This document shows, one piece after another, positions 1 through 11,360 of a stretch of DNA of 32,000 nt (positions are counted from its first letter, which is position 1; every line of letters starts with the position of its first letter). The notes below the pieces were generated by a model. It made no database searches and was not told where the DNA came from. It saw only the letters and a list, made by a program, of their open reading frames with translations. The DNA lies in assembly GCF_000025125.1 (NCBI RefSeq), contig NC_013771.1, positions 840,001 to 872,000 of the forward strand, given 5' to 3'. Source of the DNA: Candidatus Atelocyanobacterium thalassa isolate ALOHA. Its GTDB lineage: Bacteria; Cyanobacteriota; Cyanobacteriia; Cyanobacteriales; Microcystaceae. The translations under genes and the position numbers were made by a program.

Positions 1-613
1 GGACACTTTGACATGCATCAATAAGTACTTTAGCTCCAACACTATGAGATAGTCTAGTTATTTCTTCAACTGGGTTCATGCAACCTAGCATATTAGAGAC
101 ATGAACTATGGAAACCAGTTTGGTTTTTTTAGATAAAATAGATTTAAAATGATCTAGATCAAGATCTTCATTCTCCGTTAATTGAATGTACTTTATGTTG
201 GCTCCTGTCTGTTTAGCAATTATTTGCCATGGAATTAAATTACTATGATGTTCCATCACAGAAGTCAATATTTCATCTCCTGGCTTAAGATTGTTTAATC
301 CCCAACTATAAGCAACTAAATTAATAGATTCTGTAGCATTTCTTGTGAAAATTATTTCTTCTCGATCATTTGAATTAATAAATTTTGCAAGTTTATCACG
401 AGATGCTTCATAAGATTCTGTAGCTCTAATACTTAAGGAATGAGAACCACGATGAACGTTAGCATTATCTTTTTCATAGTAATGGCGTAAAGCATCAAGA
501 ACAACTGTTGGTTTTTGAGACGTTGCAGCACTATCTAGATAAATTAAGGATTTGCCTTGTATTGTTTGATTTAAAACTGGAAACTCATTTCGAATATTTT
601 GAATTAAAGTCAT
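1..613 (-). CDS. sufS: Cysteine desulfurase SufS, N-terminal ~204 codons (3' part lies beyond the window start)
   Basis: Not in the ORF track because it runs off the window. My minus-strand translation from the ATG at 613-611 gives MTLIQNIRNEFPVLNQTIQGKSLIYLDSAATSQKPTVVLDALRHYYEKDNANVHRGSHSLS...SHSVGAKVLIDACQSV. The frame is open to position 1. These are typical SufS/class-V aminotransferase N-terminal motifs, and the gene is last in the sufB-C-D-S order. Confidence 0.85.
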   Translation of the reverse strand, partial: MTLIQNIRNEFPVLNQTIQGKSLIYLDSAATSQKPTVVLDALRHYYEKDNANVHRGSHSLSIRATESYEASRDKLAKFINSNDREEIIFTRNATESINLVAYSWGLNNLKPGDEILTSVMEHHSNLIPWQIIAKQTGANIKYIQLTENEDLDLDHFKSILSKKTKLVSIVHVSNMLGCMNPVEEITRLSHSVGAKVLIDACQSV

Positions 614-668
614 AATAAAATTACTGTAAGTATTTTACAATTCAATAGTTTGTGCAGATAAACTAATA

Positions 669-2000
669 TTATTTAATATCAGAAGCAATATACTTTATCA
701 GTTTTTGTTCGAGAGATTTATGAGGTATCTTCATTAATATTTCACGCATAAAAGCATCTACTAGCAGATGACGCGCTTCAAGTTCGCTTAAACCACGACT
801 TTGTAGATAAAAAAGCTCATTAGCTTCTAACTGGGTAATAGTAGCACCATGAGAACATTTAACATTGTCTGCTATGATTTGGAGCTCTGGCTTAGTGTTT
901 ATATGAGAATTTTTTGATAACAGTAAATTACGATTTAGTTGTTTAGCTTTAGTTATTTGAGCAAGTTTAGATACAATAATTTTTCCATCAAAAATTCCAT
1001 GAGCTTTATCATCAATGACGTATTTGTGTAACTGATCAATTATTCCGTTAGGATAATTAAGATTAATAGAAGTTTTAGTACAAGAAATTTGGTCATTACC
1101 AAGAAGACTCAAGCCATTTAAATAGCTTTCTGTCCGAGCTCCATTTTGAAAAATTTCTATATTATTACGAGAAACCTTCGATCCTAAATCAAACTGATTT
1201 AGGACATAAAAACTGTCTTGATTTTGAGTAATATTACTTTTGCTAATATGGAAACTAATATTTGATTCCAGCTGTATTCGACTATGAATAACTCGTGAAT
1301 TATCTTTTAAAAAAATTTCTGTTACAGAATTAGTAAAATAAGGAACAATTTGATCTAATTCCAAATATGGATTTTCTACAGTTGAATAGTATTCAACTAT
1401 AGAAAGATCAGATCCCTTCTCTGCTACAACTAATGTACGTGGTTGTATTAGTAAAGAATTTTTCTGTTTAGTTGCAATAAATAACAACTGAATTGGATCT
1501 TTAATAGTTATATTCTCGTTAACTATTATGATTGCAGGATCAACTAGGCCTATCGTATTAAGTCTACTAAATATATCTTTCTTATTTTGGTCACTATTTA
1601 ACAAAGTATATATTTCATTTTTCTTTATATCTGGTACATCTTGCAATGTACCAATAAATATATCATCAGACGATAAAGCAATATCTGATAAAGCTCTATC
1701 ATATTGGCCATCTACAAATACGATGCAATTAGAATTAGCTTCAGAAACAACGAGATCTTTAATACTTTCTTTTGTAATTTTTGTAGCTTTTGCAATTTTA
1801 AATTGATATTTATATAGTTCCGCAAGATTCATAAATCTCCATTCTTCCTCTTTAGAGGTAGGAAAAGATAACTCTTTAATTTTCTGAAGTGAATCCTGTT
1901 TTAAACTTTGAAAACTATCAATATCATCAATATGAAATTGACTTAATAGGTTGTCTAAATAAACTTCTTTATTCGTTGTTTCTAATATGGAGTTTTTCAT
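669..2000 (-). CDS. sufD: Fe-S cluster assembly protein SufD
   Basis: 443-aa ORF. The C-terminal SufB/SufD-family region (KPELQIIADNVKCSHGATITQLEANELFYLQSRGLSELEARHLLVDAF) matches, and it sits between sufC and sufS. Confidence 0.9.
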   Translation of the reverse strand: MKNSILETTNKEVYLDNLLSQFHIDDIDSFQSLKQDSLQKIKELSFPTSKEEEWRFMNLAELYKYQFKIAKATKITKESIKDLVVSEANSNCIVFVDGQYDRALSDIALSSDDIFIGTLQDVPDIKKNEIYTLLNSDQNKKDIFSRLNTIGLVDPAIIIVNENITIKDPIQLLFIATKQKNSLLIQPRTLVVAEKGSDLSIVEYYSTVENPYLELDQIVPYFTNSVTEIFLKDNSRVIHSRIQLESNISFHISKSNITQNQDSFYVLNQFDLGSKVSRNNIEIFQNGARTESYLNGLSLLGNDQISCTKTSINLNYPNGIIDQLHKYVIDDKAHGIFDGKIIVSKLAQITKAKQLNRNLLLSKNSHINTKPELQIIADNVKCSHGATITQLEANELFYLQSRGLSELEARHLLVDAFMREILMKIPHKSLEQKLIKYIASDIK

Positions 2001-2113
2001 GCATTTAAAATTAATAATTGCAAATACAAAGATAATCTTGAATTGTAAAATATTCGAAATGACTAAGGTTTTAAGATTTTGATATTTAATAAACTATTAA
2101 ATATACAAGTAAT

Positions 2114-2884
2114 CTAAATTCCCTTTAGTAATTTTTCTTCTATAAAATCATAACCAGTTTCTTCTAATTCTAAAGCTAGCTCTTTGCCACCACTAATAAC
2201 AATTTTTCCATCATACATAACATGAATATGATGAGGCTCAATATATGTAAGCAACCTTTGATAGTGAGTAATTAGTAAAAAAGCATTGTTAGCATGAGCT
2301 AATTGATTAACTCCATCAGCAACAATTCTTAAAGCATCAATATCTAAACCAGAATCAATTTCATCTAAAATAGCTAATGTTGGCTCTAATAATGCCATTT
2401 GAAGAATTTCATTACGTTTTTTTTCTCCACCAGAGAAACCTTCGTTTAAGCTTCTGTCTAAAAAAGCAGGGTTCATCTTAACAATATCTAACTTTTGTTC
2501 AACTAAATCTTCAAAATCAAAAGTATCTATTTCTTCTAATCCTAAATGTTTTCTCCGAATATTATAAGCAACTCTGAGAAAATCAAGATTACTTACTCCA
2601 GGAATCTCTAAAGGATATTGAAAAGCTAAAAAAATCCCTTCTAGTGCTCTCTCGTTCGGCTCTTTTTCTAGAATATTTTGTCCTTTATAAATTATTTCTC
2701 CTCCAGTGACTTCATAGTCAGGATGTCCTGCAATAACTTTTGAAAAAGTACTTTTTCCAGATCCATTTCTACCCATGATTGCATGGATTTCTCCTGCTTT
2801 AATTTCTAAGTTAACACCTTTTAAAATAGGAGTTCCATTAATATTGGCAGATAAATTCTTGACAGATAAGATAACATTGTCCAT
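2114..2884 (-). CDS. sufC: Fe-S cluster assembly ATPase SufC
   Basis: 256-aa ORF with Walker [13 protein letters not shown] signature [11 protein letters not shown] and Walker [13 protein letters not shown]. Length and position are typical of SufC. Confidence 0.95.
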   Translation of the reverse strand: MDNVILSVKNLSANINGTPILKGVNLEIKAGEIHAIMGRNGSGKSTFSKVIAGHPDYEVTGGEIIYKGQNILEKEPNERALEGIFLAFQYPLEIPGVSNLDFLRVAYNIRRKHLGLEEIDTFDFEDLVEQKLDIVKMNPAFLDRSLNEGFSGGEKKRNEILQMALLEPTLAILDEIDSGLDIDALRIVADGVNQLAHANNAFLLITHYQRLLTYIEPHHIHVMYDGKIVISGGKELALELEETGYDFIEEKLLKGI

Positions 2885-2969
2885 AGTTTTTTTTAAATAC
2901 CTAATAACAAACTAACTATATTTCAATTAATACTCGTATTTTAATTGATCAAACAATAATTTAATTATA

Positions 2970-4412
2970 TTAACCTACGCTTCCTTCTAACTTAAGGCTT
3001 AGTAATTTATCCGCTTCAGAGGCAAATTCCATAGGTAATTCATTTAATACATCTTTGCAGAATCCACTAACTATAATTGAAACTGCATCTTCTTCAGGAA
3101 TACCTCTCTGAGCGAAGTAAAACAATTGATCTTCTCCTATTTTAGAGGTAGAAGCTTCGTGCTCAACCTTTGTCGTATTATTATTTGCTTGGATATAAGG
3201 AAAGGTATTGGCTTCTGCATTATCCCCAATTAACATGGAGTCACACTGAGAATAATTTCTAGCCCCTTTAGCCTTAGGATTCATCTTGACCAAGCCTCTA
3301 TAACTATTTTTAGAATTTCCTGCAGAAATTCCTTTTGAAATGATAGTACTGCGGGTATTTTCCCCAATATGTATCATTTTAGTTCCAGTATCTGCTTGTT
3401 GTTTATTATTAGTAAGCGCAATAGAATAGAATTCTCCAATAGAATTATCCCCTAATAATACACAGCTTGGATATTTCCAGGTAATGGCTGAGCCTGTTTC
3501 TACTTGAGTCCAAGATATTTTAGAATTGACTCCTTTGCAAAGTCCCCTCTTAGTAACGAAATTATAAATCCCTCCTTTTCCTTTTTCGTCACCAGCATAC
3601 CAATTTTGAACGGTAGAATATTTAATACTGGCATTATCCAAGGCGACAAGTTCAACCACTGCAGCATGCAACTGATTAGTATCAAACATTGGAGCGGTAC
3701 AACCTTCTAAATAACTAACTGATGCCCCTTCTTCTGCTACTATTAGAGTTCTTTCAAATTGTCCTGAACTTCCATTGTTAATACGAAAATATGTTGAAAG
3801 CTCCATAGGGCACTTTACACCTTTAGGAATAAAAGCAAAAGAGCCATCACTAAATACAGCAGAATTTAAAGCAGAAAAAAAGTTATCAGTGATAGGTATG
3901 ACACTTCCGAGATATTTTTTAACCAACTCAGGATATAACTTTAGTGCTTCAGATATAGAACAAAATATAACTCCAGATTCAGATAACTTTTCTTTAAATG
4001 TTGTAACTATTGATACACTATCAAAAATGACATCAACAGCCACATTACTGAGACGTTTTTGTTCTGACAGAGAAATTCCAAGTTTATTAAAAGTTTCTAT
4101 CAATGCAGGATCAACTTCATCTAGATTATTAAGTTTCTCTTTTTTTTGCTTTGGAGCAGCATAATAAATAATATTTTGATAATCAATTTTTGGATATGTA
4201 ACATGGGCCCAAGAAGGCTCTACCATCTTCTGCCATTGTTTAAAAGCTTTGAGACGGAAATCAAGCATGAAATCTGGTTCATCTTTCTTTGCTGAAATGA
4301 GACGTACTACTTCTTCATTTAAGCCGCAAGGAATAGTATCAGATTCAATGTCAGTAACAAAGCCATATTTATAAGGTTGATTGACTAGGTTCTTGACGGT
4401 TGTTGCATTCAT
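2970..4412 (-). CDS. sufB: Fe-S cluster assembly scaffold SufB
   Basis: 480-aa ORF with strong SufB hallmarks ([59 protein letters not shown]). It is the first gene of the suf operon. Confidence 0.95.
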   Translation of the reverse strand: MNATTVKNLVNQPYKYGFVTDIESDTIPCGLNEEVVRLISAKKDEPDFMLDFRLKAFKQWQKMVEPSWAHVTYPKIDYQNIIYYAAPKQKKEKLNNLDEVDPALIETFNKLGISLSEQKRLSNVAVDVIFDSVSIVTTFKEKLSESGVIFCSISEALKLYPELVKKYLGSVIPITDNFFSALNSAVFSDGSFAFIPKGVKCPMELSTYFRINNGSSGQFERTLIVAEEGASVSYLEGCTAPMFDTNQLHAAVVELVALDNASIKYSTVQNWYAGDEKGKGGIYNFVTKRGLCKGVNSKISWTQVETGSAITWKYPSCVLLGDNSIGEFYSIALTNNKQQADTGTKMIHIGENTRSTIISKGISAGNSKNSYRGLVKMNPKAKGARNYSQCDSMLIGDNAEANTFPYIQANNNTTKVEHEASTSKIGEDQLFYFAQRGIPEEDAVSIIVSGFCKDVLNELPMEFASEADKLLSLKLEGSVG

Positions 4413-5223
4413 TAGATTTTAAGTTCTCCATTTCTCTATAATGATTCTCACCAGGCAGTGGAGAGTTAAATAATTTTAGATGACTCAAAATTATTATCAT
4501 AAATAAGGCGTAGATCATAACAGCCTTAAAATATGTGTTCTTTGAGCAGCAATCAATAAAATAACATTTATATGTCTTAATTATATCTCATAGTAAACTA
4601 ATTAGTTGATAAAGTGTTATCTCTTAAAGCTATATCAACTGTGCTTTCAGGTTTTTGCAGTTAACACACACTTTGATTTAAAAAACAATAACTGTATAAC
4701 TCCTTTTAATTAAATAAAATATTTTCTAACATTTACTTAGGAAATAAAGTTATCGTAAAAACTTACAAAAGCCTCTAATAGCATTTAAAACAATTTATGG
4801 TAGCTAAAAACATACAAAACCAAAGAAATGGTAAAACAATAATTAATACTAAGAAAAGTTTAAAAATTACAATATATTTATTTTCTAATGAGTTTTGTAA
4901 ATGAGTTAAAGACATATTACTTCTCAAATAAATATGAATAGTTGCTAGGATCTTTTTTATAGATTTCAATCGAAGCAATAAGAGGAAAAATCATAAAAGC
5001 AATAGAAAAACATGCTTATAAGTGTTCAATGCAATTAAATATAAATTATTGATTTAATGTTAATTTTTATGAATCTATTTAATTTATAATTTTTTTCTAC
5101 GTAAGTTTTAGCATATGTATAATTCATATTAAAGTATGAATTTTGTTTTTTTTTAATAAAGAAGAGTAAAGTGTGTTATAGTATTTTCTGCCCATGCAAA
5201 GCTCGTATAGGGTCTATTTTATT

Positions 5224-5296
5224 GCTTCCTTAGCTCAGTTGGTAGAGCAACTCACTTGTAATGAGTAGGTCGTCGGTTCAAGTCCGACAGGGAGCT
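5224..5296 (+). tRNA. tRNA-Thr (anticodon UGU)
   Basis: Hand-folded cloverleaf: acceptor GCTTCCT/AGGGAGC (one G-U), D stem GCTC/GAGC, anticodon stem ACTCA/TGAGT with loop CTTGTAA, T stem GTCGG/CCGAC with loop TTCAAGT. Length is 73 nt including the discriminator. CCA is not encoded. Confidence 0.9.
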
Positions 5297-5483
5297 TCGC
5301 TAAAGTAAGATGAATTATAATTACAATCTTAATTGGTATTTTTCCTTCTAAGCAATAATGTCCTCATGTAGATACAATAATCTAGTAATCTATATTCAAC
5401 TTAATAGTTAGAAATCTTAATCTCGTATTTAGCAAATATGAGAGAGCAGTTCAAAAGCAAAGTTAATTTTAAAAAAATATCTT

Positions 5484-8282
5484 ATGTTTAAAACTTTATT
5501 TGGTGATCCCAACACTAGAAAAATTAAAAAGTTCCATCCTGTTGTTGCAGAGATTAATGCATTAGAAGCAGATATTCATAAATTATCTGATCAACAGCTT
5601 AAATATAAAACAAATGAATTCAGAGAGTTACTAGAAACAGTCAATAGTGACGAAGAATTAAGAAATATCTTAAATGAAATTCTTCCAGAGGCTTTCGCTG
5701 TTGTAAGAGAAGCAAGTATTCGTGTTTTAGGAATGCGCCATTTCGATGTACAACTTATTGGTGGAATGGTTCTTCATAAAGGGCAAATTGCGGAAATGAA
5801 AACTGGAGAAGGGAAAACCCTTGTCGGAACCTTGCCTGCTTATTTGAATGGACTTACAAAAAAAGGGGTTCATATTGTTACTGTTAACGATTATTTAGCT
5901 CGTAGAGATGCAGAATGGATGGGACAAGTTCATCGTTTTCTTGGGTTAAGTGTTGGACTTATTCAATCAGGAATGAATCCTGAAGAACGTAGAAAAAATT
6001 ATTCTTGTGACATAACTTACACTACTAATAGTGAGTTAGGTTTTGACTATTTACGGGATAATATGGCAACGTCTATGTCTGAAGTCGTACAACGCCCTCC
6101 ATACTATTGCATTATTGATGAAGTTGATTCTATATTGATAGATGAAGCTCGTACTCCATTAATAATATCTGGGCAAGTAGAGAGACCAACAGAAAAGTAT
6201 CTTAAGGCTACTGAAATTGCAAAACATCTTGAAAAACAATTATCTGAAGATGATCAAAAAGAATACGAAGTAGACGAAAAAGCTCGTAATGTCCTAATGA
6301 CTGATCAAGGTTTTGAGAAAGCTGAAAAACTATTAGGAGTTCAAGACTTATATGATCAAGAAAACCCTTGGGCTCATTATATTTTCAATGCTGTTAAAGC
6401 TAAAGAACTGTTTACCAAAGATGTTAACTATATAGTTAAAAACCAAGAAGTTGTTATTGTTGACGAATTTACTGGCCGTGTCTTAGCTGGAAGACGTTGG
6501 AGTGATGGACTTCATCAAGCTATCGAAGCTAAAGAAGAAGTTCCTATTCAAAAAGAGACACAAACTTTAGCTACTATTACTTATCAAAATTTTTTCCTGC
6601 TATATAATCAATTATCAGGAATGACCGGGACCGCTAAAACAGAAGAAACAGAATTAGAAAAAATCTATAATCTCCAAGTTACAATTATTCCAACTAATAG
6701 ACCTTCCCAGCGCCATGATAATCCAGATGTAGTATATAAAACGGAAAAAGCCAAATGGAAAGCAGTAGCACAAGAAGTTGAAGAATTTCATAAGTTAGGG
6801 CGTCCTATTTTGGTTGGAACAACTAGTGTTGAAAAGTCAGATGTAATATCTGCTCTACTTCAAGAAAAGAATATTCCTCATAATATTCTGAATGCTAGAC
6901 CAGAAAATGTAGAAAGAGAATCAGAAATTGTTGCACAAGCAGGCAGGAAAGGAGCAGTAACAATTGCTACTAATATGGCAGGAAGGGGGACAGATATTAT
7001 TTTAGGCGGAAATTCAGATTACATGGCACGTCTTAAAATCCGAGAATATTTAATGCCCCAAGTTGTTATACCTGAAGATAATAATTTAACAAAAGAGAAA
7101 AAAATTAGTAATACTAATTCTCGAGGCTTTGGGCAAGATCAGAACAAGAAAAAATGGCAACCGTCAGTTGATATTTTTCCTACTCAACTTTCTCAAAAAA
7201 CACAAGAATTGATTAAAAGTGTAGTTAAATTTGCTGTTGACAAATATGGGCTGCAAAGTGTTACAGAACTAGAGGCAGAAGAGAAAATAGCCATTGCTTC
7301 TGAAAATGCACCTACTGAAGATGTTTTTGTTCTCAAATTGAGAGAAGTCTATAAAATCATACGTCAAGAATATGATGTATATACAGATGCAGAACATGAC
7401 GAAGTGGTGAAACTAGGAGGGTTATATGTAATGGCTACAGAGCGCCACGAATCTCGTCGAGTTGATAATCAATTAAGAGGAAGATCTGGAAGGCAAGGAG
7501 ATCCAGGAACAACTAAGTTTTTTCTGAGTTTAGAAGATAATTTATTAAGAATATTTGGTGGAGATCGTGTTGTAGGGTTAATGAATGCTTTTCGAGTTGA
7601 AGAAGAAATGCCTATTGAGTCAAAGATGTTAACCCGTTCTCTAGAAGGGGCTCAAAAGAAAGTAGAAACTTTCTATTACGATACTCGAAAGCAGGTTTTT
7701 GAGTATGATGAAGTAATGAATAATCAGAGACGAGCTATTTATGCTGAACGTCGTCGTGTACTAGAGGGCTTAGATCTTAAAGAACAAGTTTTGCAATATG
7801 CAGAAAAAACAATGGATGAGATTGTTGATGCATATGTTAATCCAGAACTTCCGCCCGAAGAGTGGGATGTGAAAAATTTAGTAAATAAGATTAAAGAGTT
7901 TGTTTATCTCCTAAAAGACATTGTTGCGGAAGATGTGGAAGAAATGACTGTTGGAGAAATGAAAATTTTTCTTCATGAAGAAGTTCGTAAAGCTTATGAC
8001 ATAAAAGAAAATCAAGTTGATAAAACCCGACCTGGTTTAATGAGAGAAGCAGAAAGATTCTTTATACTACAGCAAATTGATACACTATGGCGTGAGCATT
8101 TACAATCTATGGATGCTTTAAGAGAGTCTATTGGATTGAGAGGTTATGGGCAGAAAGATCCACTTATTGAATATAAACAAGAAGGTTATGAAATGTTTCT
8201 GGAAATGATGGTTGATATTCGAAGAAACGTCGTTTATTCTTTATTTCAATTTCAACCTCAAGAACAACCTCCAACAGTATAA
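5484..8282 (+). CDS. secA: Preprotein translocase ATPase SecA
   Basis: 932-aa ORF with canonical SecA motifs ([52 protein letters not shown]). Confidence 0.97.
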   Translation: MFKTLFGDPNTRKIKKFHPVVAEINALEADIHKLSDQQLKYKTNEFRELLETVNSDEELRNILNEILPEAFAVVREASIRVLGMRHFDVQLIGGMVLHKGQIAEMKTGEGKTLVGTLPAYLNGLTKKGVHIVTVNDYLARRDAEWMGQVHRFLGLSVGLIQSGMNPEERRKNYSCDITYTTNSELGFDYLRDNMATSMSEVVQRPPYYCIIDEVDSILIDEARTPLIISGQVERPTEKYLKATEIAKHLEKQLSEDDQKEYEVDEKARNVLMTDQGFEKAEKLLGVQDLYDQENPWAHYIFNAVKAKELFTKDVNYIVKNQEVVIVDEFTGRVLAGRRWSDGLHQAIEAKEEVPIQKETQTLATITYQNFFLLYNQLSGMTGTAKTEETELEKIYNLQVTIIPTNRPSQRHDNPDVVYKTEKAKWKAVAQEVEEFHKLGRPILVGTTSVEKSDVISALLQEKNIPHNILNARPENVERESEIVAQAGRKGAVTIATNMAGRGTDIILGGNSDYMARLKIREYLMPQVVIPEDNNLTKEKKISNTNSRGFGQDQNKKKWQPSVDIFPTQLSQKTQELIKSVVKFAVDKYGLQSVTELEAEEKIAIASENAPTEDVFVLKLREVYKIIRQEYDVYTDAEHDEVVKLGGLYVMATERHESRRVDNQLRGRSGRQGDPGTTKFFLSLEDNLLRIFGGDRVVGLMNAFRVEEEMPIESKMLTRSLEGAQKKVETFYYDTRKQVFEYDEVMNNQRRAIYAERRRVLEGLDLKEQVLQYAEKTMDEIVDAYVNPELPPEEWDVKNLVNKIKEFVYLLKDIVAEDVEEMTVGEMKIFLHEEVRKAYDIKENQVDKTRPGLMREAERFFILQQIDTLWREHLQSMDALRESIGLRGYGQKDPLIEYKQEGYEMFLEMMVDIRRNVVYSLFQFQPQEQPPTV

Positions 8283-8308
8283 TTGGAAAGTTACATAACT
8301 ATGGGAAA

Positions 8309-8393
8309 CGGAGAGGGTGGGATTCGAACCCACGTTGGCTTTCACCAAACCCGATTTCAAGTCGGGCGCATTCGACCACTCTGCCACCTCTCC
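8309..8393 (-). tRNA. tRNA-Ser (anticodon UGA), class II with long variable arm
   Basis: The reverse complement is GGAGAGGTGGCAGAGTGGTCGAATGCGCCCGACTTGAAATCGGGTTTGGTGAAAGCCAACGTGGGTTCGAATCCCACCCTCTCCG. Acceptor is GGAGAGG/CCTCTCC, anticodon stem CCCGA/TCGGG with loop CTTGAAA, T arm GTGGG-TTCGAAT-CCCAC. CCA is not encoded. Confidence 0.9.
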
Positions 8394-8909
8394 ACATTCA
8401 TGGAAACATTATCTTAACATATAACTATTAAAAATTCCTAAAACAATATAGCAATCAATCTTTGTAAGAAAAATATGTAAAAGTCAGCACTATTATCAAC
8501 ATTTGGAAATAGGGTTAAGAAAGTTACTTTAAATTAAAAAAAGATAACTTTTTAAACTAATTTTTTAATTTGTATCTTAGATTAAGATAGTTAATAATTA
8601 TTAAAATCTACTTATTCCTTTGAGAATGTTTTTTCATAGCTTGTTATTTTACAAATGTCTAATAACATATGATTTTTTGTACAGTAATTAACAAAATTCT
8701 TTTTTATGCACTTAGTCTTTAAAAAAGAATTTTCTTAGATTGCTGTTTATTATTTATGTAAGAGAATTACTCGTAAAAACTCTTAACAAAATGATTTTAT
8801 TCTTAATAAATGGTTCTTAAGAATATTTTTATTGAAAAGAGAAATGTATTTAGGTTATTAGTTAAGAAGTTACATATAGTAATAACTAAAATGTACGAAC
8901 ACCACCTAA

Positions 8910-8941
8910 TACTTGTGGATTCTAGATATAGAACACAAGTA
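8910..8941 (+). promoter_or_regulatory. Hairpin in the metG upstream leader (13-bp stem with 2-nt bulge, GATA loop)
   Basis: Sequence is TACTTGTG-GA-TTCTA-GATA-TAGAA-CACAAGTA, read directly from the window. It ends 32 nt upstream of the metG ATG. Function is unknown. Confidence 0.3.
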
Positions 8942-8973
8942 TACCCTCTATTAATAAATATTTATTTTAGTAA

Positions 8974-10584
8974 ATGACCTTAGAAAAAGTAAAACCTAAA
9001 AAATTTGTCTTAACCACTCCTTTATATTACGCGAATGACTTACCACACGTTGGTAGCGCGTATACAACGATGATAGCTGATGTTATTAGTCGCTATAAAA
9101 AACTTAAAGGAGAAGAAGTTCTTTTTATCACAGGAACTGATGAACATGGTCAAAAGATAGAAAGAAATGCTGAAGCAAACAACTTACCTGCACAAGAGCA
9201 TTGTGATCGAATTGTCAGTAGTTTTAAACTACTATGGGATAAGTTAGACATACAGTACGATCGTTTTAGTCGTACAACAGATACCCAGCATCAAAAAATT
9301 GTTTATGAATTTTTTCAGCGTGTTTGGGATAATGGTGACATTTATCTTTCTAGACAACAAGGATGGTATTGTGTAGCTTGTGAAGAATTTAAAGAAGAAA
9401 GAGAGTTGTTGGAAAATGGTTGTTGCCCTGTGCATTTTAATAAAAAAGCAGAGTGGTATGATGAAGAGAATTATTTCTTTAAATTGTCTAAATATCAATC
9501 ACAATTAGAAGAACTATATAAAAATAATCCTGAATTTATTAAGCCAAAAAGTTGTCGTAATGAAATCTTAAAATTTGTTAACCAAGGGTTGAAGGATTTT
9601 TCTATATCTAGAGTTAATGTAAAATGGGGATTTACTGTCCCTAATGATCCAAATCATACTATTTATGTTTGGTTTGATGCCCTTCTAGGTTATATTACTG
9701 CTTTACTAGAATCAGAATCAAAAGATTCAACGCTAGATAATGCTATTTCGCAAGGATGGCCTGTTAACTTACATTTAATAGGAAAAGATATTCTACGATT
9801 TCATGCAGTTTATTGGCCCGCTATGCTTATGTCAGCAAAGCTATCTTTACCTGAATATATATTTGGTCATGGATTTTTAACAAAAGATGGGCAAAAAATG
9901 GGTAAAAGTTCAGGTAATACTTTAGATCCATTTGAATTAGTTAATAAATATGGTCCAGATCCTATACGCTACTATTTTCTAAAAGAGATAGAATGTGGAA
10001 AAGATGGTGACTTTAATGAAACCCGTTTTATAAATACTGTTAATGCTGATCTTGCTGATGATTTAGGAAACCTTCTAAATCGTACTTTAGGGATGACTCA
10101 GAAGTACTGTGAAGGGTTATTGCCTCCTATGAGTGGAATAGACTTGCCTAAAGAACATCCACTTAAAAAGATAGGATTAAATTTAGGGGAAAATGTAATC
10201 AAAGCTTACGATAATCTTAAATTTAACGAGGGTTGCGAAGAAATTTTTACCTTAATTAGAGCAAGTAATAAATTTATTGACGAGCAAGCCCCTTGGACTT
10301 TGTTTAAAAAAGGAGAACAAAAAGAAGTGGAAAAGATTTTATATGGAGTGTTAGAATCGGTGCGTCTTGTTGCTTATTTATTAGCTCCAATTATTCCAAA
10401 CCTCAGTAGTAAAATCTATAAACAACTTGGTTTTTCAGTTGATTTCAATCAAGTTGAATGTTTAGAAGAAGTTATTCCTTTTGATAAACATAGTCAATGG
10501 GGAAAACTGGCTCATAACAATTTTTTATCTAAACCTCAACCTATTTTTGTTAAACTTGATACTTCTTTAAAGAACGACTTTTAG
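8974..10584 (+). CDS. metG: Methionyl-tRNA synthetase
   Basis: 536-aa ORF with a class I aaRS HIGH-type motif (PHVGSAYTT), a KMSKS-type motif (KMGKSSGN) and a Cys knuckle (CVACEEF...CCPVH). Confidence 0.95.
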   Translation: MTLEKVKPKKFVLTTPLYYANDLPHVGSAYTTMIADVISRYKKLKGEEVLFITGTDEHGQKIERNAEANNLPAQEHCDRIVSSFKLLWDKLDIQYDRFSRTTDTQHQKIVYEFFQRVWDNGDIYLSRQQGWYCVACEEFKEERELLENGCCPVHFNKKAEWYDEENYFFKLSKYQSQLEELYKNNPEFIKPKSCRNEILKFVNQGLKDFSISRVNVKWGFTVPNDPNHTIYVWFDALLGYITALLESESKDSTLDNAISQGWPVNLHLIGKDILRFHAVYWPAMLMSAKLSLPEYIFGHGFLTKDGQKMGKSSGNTLDPFELVNKYGPDPIRYYFLKEIECGKDGDFNETRFINTVNADLADDLGNLLNRTLGMTQKYCEGLLPPMSGIDLPKEHPLKKIGLNLGENVIKAYDNLKFNEGCEEIFTLIRASNKFIDEQAPWTLFKKGEQKEVEKILYGVLESVRLVAYLLAPIIPNLSSKIYKQLGFSVDFNQVECLEEVIPFDKHSQWGKLAHNNFLSKPQPIFVKLDTSLKNDF

Positions 10585-10637
10585 AAACTAAGAAAATCAA
10601 AAATTTTCTATTTTTTATTGAAAAAACCAACATAACG

Positions 10638-11321
10638 ATGAAATACAAAACTGAACTTACAAATAACTTTCATAATAATTCGACCTTTTTTGATGATCAA
10701 AGAGGTATAGCAACAATGTATGACGATTTTGAGGATGATTTGCTTTTTACTCCTGAGCAAATGCTAGAAAATAGAGGAAGAGTTGCCATTTTTATTGATG
10801 GTTCTAATTTATTCTATGCAGCATTACAACTAGGTATTGAGATTGACTATACTAGACTACTTTATCGTTTAACAGAAGGTTCACGACTTCTTAGAGCTTT
10901 TTTCTATACTGGTGTAGATCGAACTAATGAAAAACAGCAAGGATTTTTGTTGTGGATGAGAAGAAATGGCTATCGGGTTATCGCAAAAGATCTAGTTCAA
11001 CTTCCAGACGGATCGAAAAAAGCTAACTTAGATGTGGAAATTGCTGTTGACCTTATGGCGTTAGTTGGCTCCTATGATACAGCAATAATTGTGAGCGGAG
11101 ATGGCGACTTGGCTTATGCAGCAAATTCTGTTAGTTACCGTGGAGCAAGAGTAGAAGTTGTCAGCCTGCGATCTATGACTAGTGATAGTCTCATTAATGT
11201 TGCAGATCACTACATAGATCTTGATCAAATAAAAGAAGATATTCAGAAAACTTCCAGAACTAATTTAGCCTACAATAGCTATCCTACTGTTGGAATGTTA
11301 GAACAGAACAAACCACGTTAA
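10638..11321 (+). CDS. NYN-domain (LabA/DUF88-like) protein
   Basis: 227-aa ORF. The VAIFIDGSNLFYAA...FFYTG...ANLDVEIAVDLM...IIVSGDGDLAYA pattern is the LabA-like PIN/NYN signature with conserved acidic residues. Confidence 0.75.
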   Translation: MKYKTELTNNFHNNSTFFDDQRGIATMYDDFEDDLLFTPEQMLENRGRVAIFIDGSNLFYAALQLGIEIDYTRLLYRLTEGSRLLRAFFYTGVDRTNEKQQGFLLWMRRNGYRVIAKDLVQLPDGSKKANLDVEIAVDLMALVGSYDTAIIVSGDGDLAYAANSVSYRGARVEVVSLRSMTSDSLINVADHYIDLDQIKEDIQKTSRTNLAYNSYPTVGMLEQNKPR

Positions 11322-11360
11322 TATTAAAATAGAAAAATATTCGATTATCATTAAAAGGTA

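Noticed and set aside
1528-1806. 92-aa plus-strand ORF inside sufD. Similar antisense or overlapping track ORFs occur at 3500-3685, 3504-3710, 3775-4164, 9244-9498, 14947-15141, 18082-18441, 21518-21928, 26332-26529 and 26879-27067.
   Set aside because: Each lies entirely within a strongly supported gene, mostly on the opposite strand. They have low-complexity or hydrophobic junk-like composition and no recognisable motifs. They are typical shadow ORFs of AT-rich DNA.
4604-4640. 8-bp inverted repeat AGTTGATA-N21-TATCAACT upstream of sufB, considered as a SufR-type operator.
   Set aside because: The orientation (GTTG...CAAC) and 21-nt spacing do not match the CAAC-N6-GTTG sites described for SufR. 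8-bp IRs are common in this composition.
4775-4978. 67-aa minus-strand ORF in the spacer upstream of sufB.
   Set aside because: It has low-complexity, Ile/Leu/Phe/Lys-rich sequence, no SD and no family resemblance. It sits in the most AT-rich part of the spacer and is most likely a chance ORF. It does not resemble SufR.
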